From positions 7,750,001 through 7,814,000 of the forward strand of contig CM007989.1 in assembly GCA_002189035.1 (NCBI GenBank): a DNA stretch of 64,000 bases, in the 5' to 3' direction. Below are positions 22,923-34,057 of this stretch, piece by piece (the stretch's first letter is position 1; each line of letters opens with the position of its first letter). This stretch comes from Utricularia gibba (Eukaryota > Plantae > Magnoliophyta). A model generated the notes under the pieces. The model made no database searches. It had not been told where the DNA came from and saw only the letters and a list, made by a program, of their open reading frames with translations. The position numbers and the translations under genes were made by a program.

Positions 22923-24970
22923 GACATGATGATGTCTCCAGCGAGACCCTAGAGGAAAGATGAGATTCACTCTGTAATAATATTGCGGATGCTTTGACTA
23001 CGCACACAGGTTCCTTCATTTTTGAAAGACGGCCAGAGTAAACACAGGGAATACTATTTTAATATCTTTTACTATTTTATTTTACTTTAATTAGGTAATG
23101 GACTCTAAAATACATATAGATTTTATTTGATTCTATTTTTACTAAGTTATTTCTCAAACAAAAGTTATATCTCTGTAATTTTTCAAAAAAAAAAGTGTTT
23201 TTAAATTTATATTTTTTTAAAAAACAAAAATCATTAATGTTTTTAAAAAAATAGATTTGATTTGACAATGTTTTTTCAAGGGTGTAAATTATTACAAACA
23301 TAATCTTGTTTATTATACTCCAACCTTATAATTGTATGGCAAAAATGTTAAACAAAGAACAGAATGAATGATTTATTATTGTTTTGTGAGGTGAAAAATA
23401 TGTGGTTACATATTTATTACATGGATATCATTTGGGCGAAGCCACCTTGCGCCCTTGCCTTCCTCCAGGCTCAGATACAACTTGAGCATCCAAATCTATA
23501 AACCTAACGGCCACCAGCAATTTCATTCACCTCAATGTTCACCCCCGCGACAAGCACAACTCAAAACCAATGTTCTCAAAAGTAGAAAGAAATCGAAAAA
23601 TAATCTATTTTGAAATTAAAAATCCATATCATTAAAAAATATCATTAATAAAACTCGAAATCTTGAAAACTTGCTAAAAAAGAACTACAGTTGAGGGAGC
23701 ACACATCAAAGATCCGCATAAGCAAGTAACAAGAGAAAGAAATGTGTCGTCAATGATCAATATCGATAATTTGTCCCATAAAAACAAATCATTTGCACCA
23801 AGCTCCAGGTACTTCATTTTTCGTCTTCAATCAAGGAATATGGAAAAGAAGAAAAAAAACCGCTGCTGCTGTTTGGAACTGATCATTTCCGTATGCCAAG
23901 AAGTCTTACGAAAACGCACAGAAAAAGCATGATTTCACATAAAGCAATGGATAACTAAAACGGCAGAGAGCTACGTAACAACAAAAACAGGGCAGAGGGT
24001 CCGGATGCTATGAATCTCCGATCTAGGGTTATGTTCCATCACTACTGCAATCAGAATCTACAACACTCCTCTATTATTGAGGATCATAAAACGGCCATTA
24101 CAAGAAAACGCACCGCTCTCTCTACTCAGAGCGGCAGCCGTGGAGCCTGCAAATCAGAGTCTCCAGCATCGCACTATTTTGTTTTCAATCCCTAAAACAC
24201 GGCGGAAAACGTTGAAACCGCCGTCAAATCGGATTCAAATCACCTGTTCCTTCCCTCCACACAACGAGGCATCAACCGTAGACCTCCGCAAGTCCTTACT
24301 CGATTCTTGGAAGCTGATCAATACGCATTCGCGCACCTGTCCCCGAGATCTGGCACCGAAAGCCCCCTTTCATCATAACCGTCATGTTGCACCGACTACG
24401 ACCTACACAACCCACATTCAAAGCCAATTCAGCAATCCTAATTTTCAATTAATTTTTTATTAACGCATTTAATTTTAAATACAAATACTTTTAATAAAAA
24501 GAAATGTTGAATTTATGTAGTTTCTTAACTCTTATTTCATTATATTCGTCGAAAACTGATTCTAATAAAATATAAATTAGATTTTCACGATTTATTAAAA
24601 ATAATGATTATTTCTAAATTTTTATTTGTTGAAATAAAAATTACTTGTATTCAATAATAAAACTATTTCTCATATCTAATTTTTGAGAAACAAAAACTAT
24701 AAAATAAAAATCGATTATATTTGATAATAAAACTAATTTTGTACTACTCCCAATCTACAAAATGCAAAGAAGATGAGACCACTTTCCCTCTTCATGGATA
24801 TGTTTGATTGTTGAAGGCACAAACACATTCAATTCTTGCATTAACACCCACTCCTTGAATCCCTAGAGGGCCCTTGTACTAACCTATGCATATTTCCTAG
24901 GGTGCCTTTTTTTAGCAAAACAAAACAAACAAAATGTACTCCATATTTATTATTAATCCATTTTATATTT

Positions 24971-24994
24971 ATTATTATTATTATTATTATTATT
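24971..24994. repeat. (ATT)8 microsatellite
   Basis: Direct read of the run. Confidence 0.9.
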
Positions 24995-26231
24995 TTAAAA
25001 TATAAAAAAATATGTTCTTCATATACCACAATTTATTTATTATTTATTTGAATTTACACCAGATACTATTTGTATCAGAAATATTTTTGAAAGTAAATTG
25101 AATGCAAATTAAAATAATTTACTTTTTTAATTTGTAGTATATTGTTATTTGTGAAGACTGTGCCAAAAATACTTTTGGAGAACATTCATAATTCTACTTT
25201 TACTTTTTAATTTTTATTTTTGAAAAATAAAATAATTTTGAAATTATTTATTTTCAATTAAATAATTAGAGGGGCATAGCATGGACATCATGACTTGCAT
25301 GCAAATGCTCATAAGATGGTAGTTGGGATAAGGTGTTCATCCCCACACAAAGTTAAGACACTTCACCAAATGTGGAGTATGCTGCATCATGTCCATGCAC
25401 ATTTTTGAGCTTGGAAGCTCTCTAGTTAATCTCCCACCTGAATCTGAGTCGAATTCAAGGAGATTTCGAACACGAAAACATCGTTTGTTTCATCTAACAA
25501 AGAAATGTACTTCGAAAAAATCGAATATTTTTTGGTAGGGTAAGCATTTTACTACGGCATCCAATGGATTCAATCACTATTTGATATATTTAGAATAATA
25601 TTACTATTGATAGTCTTTTTAATTTTACTCTTGGGATTGATATGGGATCAATATTTAGATATTTTTTATTCAGATAATTTATTTTTTTTATTGTTTTAAA
25701 CATCAATATTTGAATTATTATCTGTGTATGCTAATGATCTATGATTAATATTGTTGTGTTAGATGGCAAAATGGTGTCTTGGGATTAAAAAATGGATTAT
25801 TACTTGAAGAAAAGTTGCTTAATTTGATAAAGATTTTTTATACGGAAATTTGTAGAGATCGGTATTTCTAATCGATATAGGATAATAAGATTTTACATTT
25901 TGATTTGGATAATCGACCTAATTGCTCACCCCTATTATGAAAAAAGATTGATTTTTTTTTTGTTTATAATACTCGTAATTTGCTTCATTTTCTATTTGGT
26001 ATAATTTTTCGATAGTGTTTTTAATTTTTTAGAAATATAAATCTTGTATAACAAAATTGATTTAGAGGAGATTTTAATTTGTTCCAAACACACGCTTAGC
26101 TGGGTTGTGATAACTATGGCAAATATAAAACTGAAAAACCGGTCACTCCACGCTGGTTTCCCATACGGCCTGCTGCTATATATAGAGGCAAGGACAAGTT
26201 TGGAGGCAGGAGAGGCAAGTATCTCGGTTCC

Positions 26232-27292
26232 ATGGGGAAGACGCCTTGCTGCAGCAACAAGGCGGGGCTGAAGAGAGGGAAATGGAGCGAGGAGGAGGAC
26301 AAGAAGCTGATCGATTACATCAGGGTTCACGGCGAAGGGCGCTGGAGATTGCTGCCGAGCGGTGCAGGTAGATGAAAGAAAGCATGGCTGTGTATCTGGT
26401 TGTTGTTTTCCATTGAATTGCAGCAGTAAAAGGGAGGGTTTTTTTGCTGGTTGTGGGTTAGGTTTGATGAGGTGTGGGAAGAGCTGCAGACTGAGATGGC
26501 TGAATTACTTGAGATCGGATAAGAAAAGGGGAAAGTTCACTGAGGAAGAAGATGACATCATTTCGCAACTGCATAAATTCATGGGCAGCAAGTGAGTCCT
26601 TGTTACTTGCTTTGTCGAGTCATTCACTTTCCCCCTTTTTCCTTTGAAAACGTTTATTACACGATTACGTGAATAGTGAAAAGGAAAAAAGGGGTCTCTT
26701 TACTGTCAAGACTGAGTTCTGCTGATGCATTTGCATCAGATGGTCGGTAATCGCAAAGCATCTACCTGGGAGAACAGATAACGACATTAAGAATTACTGG
26801 AACTCCCATCTCAGTCGGAAGCAGTGGCGCTACCTGCCGAGGAGAATGCCTAGCCATACTCATCATCATCATCAAGAAGAAGAAGAAGAAGAAGAAGGGA
26901 TTCTGGCCATCGAAGGGACCAGTTTTGAGGACTTTCTATCTGGTCTTGATTCGCCATTGCAGCCTGTAGAAGGGAATGAAGCTCCGCTTATGTCTGCGCA
27001 GACTGATCGGGACAGGTTGTTCCCGGAGAATGCAGCAGCAGGAGGCGGCGAACAAAACGTGAAGGACGACGCGAGCAGTTCCAGCAACTTGGAAAGTATC
27101 ACAGTTTCACAGAACGAGGATTTGGAGTTCGTTTGCAAGTTCGGATTTTTATCTCCGTTTCAGACATTTTTTGATGGTGAAGGAGTTGCTGGTGAAGAAG
27201 ACGACGACGAAGAGGAGCTCCTGGAGCTATGGAGCAACGAGGACACGCAGACTCGCAGCGACTCTCCCAAGATCCCGAAAAGGGAGTTTTAG
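26232..27292 (+). CDS. R2R3-MYB transcription factor, subgroup 7 (MYB12/MYB111)-like DNA-binding domain
   Basis: Exons 26232-26367, 26462-26591 (the canonical 130-nt exon 2) and 26740-27292. Motifs [19 protein letters not shown] and [25 protein letters not shown]-like CTATATATAG lies about 55 bp upstream. Confidence 0.92.
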
Positions 27293-27842
27293 TAAGTGCA
27301 TCTGGGTATCCATGCACATCAAATGGTTGTTGCTGCTAGAATAATACTATAATAGATTTTATGTATTTTATTAAAAATAAATAATAATATTATTAAAAAC
27401 TATTTTTTTTATAAATTATGATACATTATGAATGATTAAATTTCTTATACATATAAGATTGAATGATCAGATTTTTAGATGACTCGCTCGACACTACGTT
27501 CTACCATTAGTTTGATACTTTGTTTAGGTAAATATATGAGTTTTTCTAAATTTAGTTGATAATGTTTACACATTATCACATATTAAATTTTTTAATGCGA
27601 TACTACAAATGTGTGCATAATATATTATTGTGAATAAAAATATAAAATGATAATTAATTAAATAAAAAATTCAAAGACGGGAATAGTGTGATGTTGCTAC
27701 AAGCAGGAAAAAGGATCACGTGTTGCACATGCGCTCTACGTCTTCCTAAAAGACATGATGTTGAGATTGGGAAGCAAGCGTTCTGTGACTGTAGAGAAAT
27801 GAACAGAGAAGGGCGCTTTTTTACGCAGTTATTTGGATGCAC

Positions 27843-28043
27843 TCAGTAGCCGCCATGAATGATGATGGAGAATCTTCGCTTTACCCATTGGAAAGTGTTG
27901 CGGATTGAGGCCTTCATCTTCCCTGGAATCCCATAAGCTTTGTATCGCAGAATTCTTTGTTTTCTTCTGACCTCAGCTGTTGCAGATTTGTTTCGACGAA
28001 CTGGGTTTCGATTCGCGCCCACCTTCGTGTCTGTTCCTCTCAT
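27843..28043 (-). CDS. Small basic DUF3511-family protein (66 aa)
   Basis: E.RRKQRILRYKAYGIPGKMKASIRNTFQWVK matches the recalled DUF3511 pattern (RKKRVA.YK.Y..EGK.K.S.R..F.WIK). The first ATG is at 28043. Confidence 0.85.
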   Translation of the reverse strand: MRGTDTKVGANRNPVRRNKSATAEVRRKQRILRYKAYGIPGKMKASIRNTFQWVKRRFSIIIHGGY

Positions 28044-28276
28044 CTTCACCGTCGGATGAGCGAGAGGAACAGAGAAAAGAGGGGAAGGGGAAACGAGGTT
28101 GGTTTCCTGAGTGAAAATGTGTTTGGTCCTTGGGTCATTTTGTCGAACGGTTGGTATGCAAATGCACTATTTTTCTCCATGCTAAAATAATCAGAGGACC
28201 GGCTTCAATTTCTCTGATTTATCCGGATCGAAGGAGGATTAGACTCCAAGACAAGTAAAAATAAGTTGCTTTCATG

Positions 28277-28852
28277 TTACAGATGGAGATCAACATCCAG
28301 TGGTTCTTTAACTTCTATCATTTCGGTGGATTTATGGCCTTCTCCCCTGCTGCAGTTGGCGACCTGCCGGGGCGGGGCAGCTAGGAATCCGGCAGGGTAA
28401 CTCAACGGCACGCCTGATAGAACTTGAGGAGCACACACAAAAGTATGATTAATTTGATGGGGAGACCTTGCACCAAAGGTGTTGTTATCAGGTGGCCCTG
28501 TTCCAATTGTTACCCCTGATCGAGTTCTGAGGAAGCTGGTCATGTTGACAGTGGTTCCAAGCCGCTGGTGATCGAGCACGTATTGAGCTCTCCGTGTCCT
28601 CATGCGCTCCTTCTTGTGTGCATTTTGATGGCCACCCAATGCTTGGGAGTTGGCAAATTTTTTGTCACAATGTTGGCATTCAAACCTCTTGCTTTCCTCC
28701 CCGTGATCCCTCTCGACATTGGTGACTTCTGCGGCTTTTCCAACTGCAAAACCGAATAGCTTCACTACAGATGATGGTGATGATGAAGATGAATGATCTG
28801 AAGAACCAGGCTCTGGTGCACCTCTTCCTGGTAATGAATTTTCCTTCTCCAT
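28277..28852 (-). CDS. Single-finger C2H2 zinc-finger protein (ZFP/GIS type) with C-terminal EAR-like motif
   Basis: VKLFGF motif, [27 protein letters not shown] finger, and terminal VDLHL. Confidence 0.93.
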   Translation of the reverse strand: MEKENSLPGRGAPEPGSSDHSSSSSPSSVVKLFGFAVGKAAEVTNVERDHGEESKRFECQHCDKKFANSQALGGHQNAHKKERMRTRRAQYVLDHQRLGTTVNMTSFLRTRSGVTIGTGPPDNNTFGARSPHQINHTFVCAPQVLSGVPLSYPAGFLAAPPRQVANCSRGEGHKSTEMIEVKEPLDVDLHL

Positions 28853-30821
28853 AGTTTTTTTTTTCAGTTTCTAACAGTAGAAACAAACCCAATACACGGC
28901 GAATTATAATCATGTGTATGCGGTATATATAGAGAGAGTAATCAGAAACAAAAAGCTATCATTATAGGAACATCGAAGGACAGACAAAATGAGCCCTATA
29001 TGGAAAAGCATCCACAACTTTCCAAAACTGTACTTCCAACTCTTGGTAAGTTCAAAGAGCTATCATATTCTGCTTTAAAAATAGATCTAAAGTGAGATTT
29101 CATGCCTTTGTGTTTCACTCTCATGTCTTGCATTGAAACCCAGACTAGATTATTGAATGTGTTAACGTTTCTTGCTTACAGAACCAAGGCATAGATGTCT
29201 TCCTTCCATGGTTGCAGCTCCCTTTTCCACAGTACTTCCGTTCCCTTGGGGTGCTCTGTTATACAAGGGTATGGCTTCACTTACAGTTGATTGCGTTTTT
29301 ACTTCATGATCTAGGCATTGAGTGGTTATCAACTTGTTATTCCCTCGGAATCCTTCCAGTCAGTTAAGGCAGCAGCGTTTGCTTGTGAGCATTTATCTGT
29401 GGCTCCTGTTCTGGGGGGTTAGCAAATTTTCAGCACTAGGTGACTTAATCATGAACTTTGAATCCATCTTCTCTCCTCCCCCATAATGCACCTAGGGTAC
29501 GCTGTTACAGTGCAAAATGTCTTTGAATTATTATAAAGCAATGGCAATGCTCATTTTGTGTAGCCTTTTGGTACAGGACGTTTGTGTGCACTTTCACGAG
29601 CGTGGCCGCTCATTTCGGAATTCGGTGGTAGTCTTTAGCAGGCTTTTTTCTTTGTTTGTGCTACTCCTGAAGCGTGAAAGATGGGGTGGAAAACGCTATG
29701 CCCTCTCGTGAAATGGACAATGCAACGAACTGGTGGACTCATACCAGGAATCAATCAAGCTTTGCTCCACGACATGACCCAGAGTTGACCACTCACACAC
29801 TCCCCCCCTCCTTGTTCATATCATGATGACCCGCCCTTTTTGCTTTCCAGTAATTGATCCTAAACTCCTGCCTGCCTGCTTGCACTTCATATCTTATTAG
29901 AGAACCAGAGGTTAGTACTCTCTTCCTCTTCCTTTTTTTTCTTTTTTTTTTTTATCCCCTGAGTCCCCCATTGTTCGTTCCTGGGATGGAAGGGCGTAAC
30001 ATCAGGAGATTTGAGGATCAAGGGAATGGTCCACGTAAAGTGTGTGGTGGCTTTTTGGTGTACCAGCTTTATCACAGCATCAAAAGCCCACCTGGGTGCT
30101 GGTTTGCCGACCGCGCTAGTCTTCTTTGGGGGTGTGTGTTTGGGTAAGCAAACAAAGCAGCGTATGGTGGGATTTTTCTATTCCATCATTTCAAATATTA
30201 AGGTCGTTCTATTATTTGAAACTGTGATCCATATTATGTAAAATAATTTAATAAAATAAAAATATATATTATAAAGTTTAATATATTATTATGATATAAA
30301 TACGTTTTTATTTAATCCTTGAAATAAAGATTCAAGAAATTTCAATAATTTTTAGAATTAATCATAGAATCTGAATTTTTTATTTTAATATATAATGATT
30401 GAAGATTAGAATTTTTAAAAATTAAACAGAATCAGTAAAAGAAATTAATAAAACAGAAAAGACTTTTATTATTTAGTAAATCAAATAGAAGTGGAAAGGT
30501 GGGATTAATTTTGAAATGTTAATATATTAAGTTAATATTCATTAATATTATTAATTTTTACCTTTAAATAGATTACAGCATTGTTTTGGAAAATTTTTGG
30601 AATCTATTTTTTATTTTTTAAAATTATTTTAGAAAAATAAAAATAAAAAGTAAAAGTAACATACTTTTTACTTTTTCAAAAATAATTTTTGTAATACAAT
30701 TTTAAAAATATTTTTTAATAGAATTATTTTTACAATTGATATTATTTTAAAAAAATTATTTTTATTATTCTTGGATTCAATTCGAAATGTGAAATTTTTC
30801 CGAGAAACAAGAAGCAAAGAT

Positions 30822-31243
30822 TGGGCCAGAGAATTTTTGGGCTGGTGATGAAACTGGTGAAGTGGGGTGGGTATATATACAGCGGCTCATTCTTGTTGGG
30901 CCTTCCCTACTGGCCCAGAACACACAACATAATCGAAGGCCGTAGGCGATTCCGCGGCTACGCCCTGTCGCCGATTTCAGTCCGCCCTTTGTTACGCCGC
31001 ATTGCGCTCTGTCCTTATCTTCCGAGAAGTTTGCTCCGCCGTCGCCGCCTAATCGGAGGTGTAGTTCTGCTTGGGTACATAATGAATGCTTTTCTAGAAA
31101 TCCGAATCGCGGGTTTTGAGTAGCAATTGAGTGCTTTATTTTGTGGTTTATGCATTTTTGTAGTTTGGAGTTTTAGGTTATGGTTTTCTGGTTTCGGAGA
31201 CGTTTTTTATTTGATAGGTTGGGGTTTATGTGGTTTAGGGTTT
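30822..31243 (+). promoter_or_regulatory. eIF2-gamma promoter and leader: site II-like motifs and a telo-box in the 5'-UTR intron
   Basis: TGGGCC/GGCCCA motifs at about 30822-30917. TTAGGGTTT at 31235-31243, just before the leader-intron acceptor. Confidence 0.6.
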
Positions 31244-31288
31244 CAGGTCATTGAGCTCTTGGTGTGAAGAGCTGCTGTACCTGTCAAA

Positions 31289-33464
31289 ATGTCGAAGAAA
31301 GGGTTGATGGAGCAAGATCTAAGCAAGCTGGATGTAACTACACTACATCCTTTATCACCGGAGGTGATTTCTCGTCAAGCTACTATCAACATAGGTATCA
31401 GTTATTTATTTGGTTTGGTGGGAATCACTTGAATAATTTCTCAATCTTGCGTTTTTGTTTTCTTCCCGCTGATGCTTAGTGAAATAACTGTTTTCTAACC
31501 TACTTTTTTGTTCTTCTACTGCATCAGGCACCATTGGTCATGTGGCTCATGGGAAATCAACTGTGGTGAAAGCAATTTCCGGAGTTCAGGTATTCTTAGA
31601 ATGTTTTTTTGGGATGTGATTACAGTTTTTGAGGTTAAATTGTTTGACTTTTTGTCAATTTTTGCTACACCGTAAATTAGGCTCTTTGGTTTTTATTAGT
31701 TTGTTTAAACAGTTAAACCTGTGTTTGGGATTCTCTGAAATAGACTGTTCGATTTAAAAACGAGCTGGAACGGAATATTACAATCAAGCTTGGCTATGCC
31801 AATGCAAAAATATACAAGTGTGAAGATGAGAAGTGTCCACGCCCGATGTGTTACAAGTAATGGCTACTATAAGATTTTGTGTTGTCATTGTTCTGTTCTG
31901 GTCCTGCTTCTTAGTCTGTATGTTATCTTTCAGGGCATATGGAAGCGGCAAGGAAGATAGCCCTGCATGTGATGTTCCTGGGTTTGAGAACTCTAAGATG
32001 AAGCTACTCCGACATGTCTCTTTTGTAGATTGCCCAGTAAGGAAACTCCTTGTCATTATTCTATTATGCTATAGTTGATGACAAGCACTTAATCCCGAAC
32101 GAATGCGGTGGTGTTTTTAAAGTCCACATTGTTGCCGTATATTTTTGTTTTAATAGTTCACAGCTCAGTGCTGATTTTGAAAGAAAATAGCTTGATGATC
32201 TCCTACAATGCCCTTCTAGGGACATGATATTCTCATGGCAACCATGCTTAATGGTGCGGCTATCATGGATGGAGCTATGCTACTCATAGCTGCCAATGAG
32301 AGCTGCCCCCAACCTCAGACTTCAGAGCATTTAGCTGCAGTTGAAATCATGCGCCTCCAGCATATTATCATACTACAAAACAAAGTTGATCTTGTCCAGG
32401 AAAATGTTGCAATCAATCAGCATGAAGACATTCAGAGGTTCATTCAGGTTCATTACTGCATTCTATGCTACTGAAAATTTGATATCGTGTCCTTCTCAAT
32501 ATGTCTGATTCAAATTTCCCCACAGGGAACTATTGCCGAAGGAGCACGGGTTGTTCCAATTTCAGCTCAGCTGAAGTATAACATAGATGTTGTATGTGAA
32601 TATCTCGTGAAGAAGATCCCCATCCCAGTAAGGGACTTTGTCTCACCTCCAAACATGATAGTCATCCGATCTTTCGATGTCAATAAGCCAGGCTCCGAAG
32701 TTGATGAAATCAGGGGTGGTGTCGCTGGTGGAAGCATTCTGAAGGTACTTCCACACATTAATAGAGTTGAAGCTATTCCTCCATACTCTTCCAGCGTCTA
32801 AGTGCATGTTCTCCTTCCTCGGTGCAGGGTGTTCTGAGGGTAAATCAAAATATAGAAGTCCGCCCTGGTATCGTGGTCAAAGACAACGATGTCATAAAAT
32901 GCACCCCGATATACTCCCGGATCGTGTCGTTGTACGCCGAGCAAAACGAGTTGCAGTTCGCTGTTCCTGGAGGGCTCATCGGAGTTGGGACAACCATGGA
33001 CCCAACTCTCACCCGTGCTGACAGGCTGGTTGGCCAAGTTCTGGGAGAGATTGGATCACTCCCAGATGTGTATGTCGAACTCGAGGTACGTCTAACTAAA
33101 CCAGACCCCGCCCTGTCTCGACTCGATCCCGGTTCACGGATCATGTGCTCGCCATCCTTCAGGTCAATTTCTTTCTGCTGAGGCGGCTCATCGGCGTTAG
33201 AACGAAGGACACGGAGAGGCAGGGCCGCGTCACGAAGCTGGCCAAGGGAGAGATCCTGATGCTGAACATCGGGTCCATGTCAACTGGGGCGCGTGTCATC
33301 GCAGTCAAAAATGTGTTCGCAAAGTTGCAGCTGACGTCCCCCGTATGCACCAGCAAGGGGGAGAAGATCGCCTTGAGCCGGAGGATTGATCGCCACTGGC
33401 GTCTCATCGGTTGGGGCAGATTCAGGCCGGCATCACACTGGATATTCCGCCTTGCACCATCTGA
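31289..33464 (+). CDS. eIF2g: Eukaryotic initiation factor 2 gamma subunit; apparent 1-nt frameshift at about 33417
   Basis: [59 protein letters not shown] and WRLIGWG. The terminal [15 protein letters not shown] requires one extra C. Confidence 0.96.
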
Positions 33465-33469
33465 GTCAC

Positions 33470-33490
33470 CAGCCCAGCCCAGCCCAGCCC
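33470..33490 (+). repeat. (CAGCC)4 repeat immediately after the restored eIF2-gamma stop
   Basis: Direct read of the repeat. Confidence 0.9.
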
Positions 33491-34057
33491 TCTCATGCCC
33501 AGGAGACGTACGAATTTTGTCCATTTCAGAAGAACGTGTTTGTTTGCGTACTGTCGTCGCTCATGGAGTTGCGTCTGACCTTTCTTTTATATTGGTTAAT
33601 CGGTAAAATTTAAATTATTTGTGTTATAACGTGAAGAGGTACTTTTAATGACATGAAATTTGGACATAGCATACGCATTTGTTCGAAAATTTAAGGTTTT
33701 TTTGTGCACAGTTTTATTATCAAATATGATTAATTTTTATTTCAAAGGAATATAAATTTATAATTATCTAATTTTTATTTTATCAAAAATATTTCTCGAA
33801 AAAATGTGTTTTTAAAAAATTAAAATCAAATAGTGTTAAAACAGAAAACTCAAATGAATTCTCAAGAACTTTTTGCTGCCATCTATTTGGGAAAAAAAGT
33901 CACTTATGTTATAATCGTTTTACAACACCAATAAATATTCCTTCCTACCTTTAAGCTTTTTTTTTTTTTTTCTTTTGGTATGTATATACATTTAAGAGAA
34001 AAGGACTGTACAACATAAAGAGTAGTCCGTGCAGGCTGGTCCTCTTCTCATCTTCTT

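Noticed and set aside
23795-23810. GCTTGGTGCA (minus strand) matching part of miR168
   Set aside because: Only 10 nt match and there is no hairpin or star strand.
24020-24420. Telomerase RNA or sgRNA/CRISPR-like reading of the 24-kb island (AACCCTA, GGCACCGA..GCACCGAC)
   Set aside because: The template is too short, no USE/TATA Pol III promoter is seen, there is no repeat-spacer array, and the context is eukaryotic.
26795-26820. miR828 site in the MYB
   Set aside because: About 8 mismatches to the miR828 complement.
32075-32175. Intronic snoRNA in eIF2-gamma intron 4 (TTGATGA...CTGA, AGCACT/AGTGCT stem)
   Set aside because: No convincing rRNA or snRNA guide, and the stem placement conflicts with the box positions.
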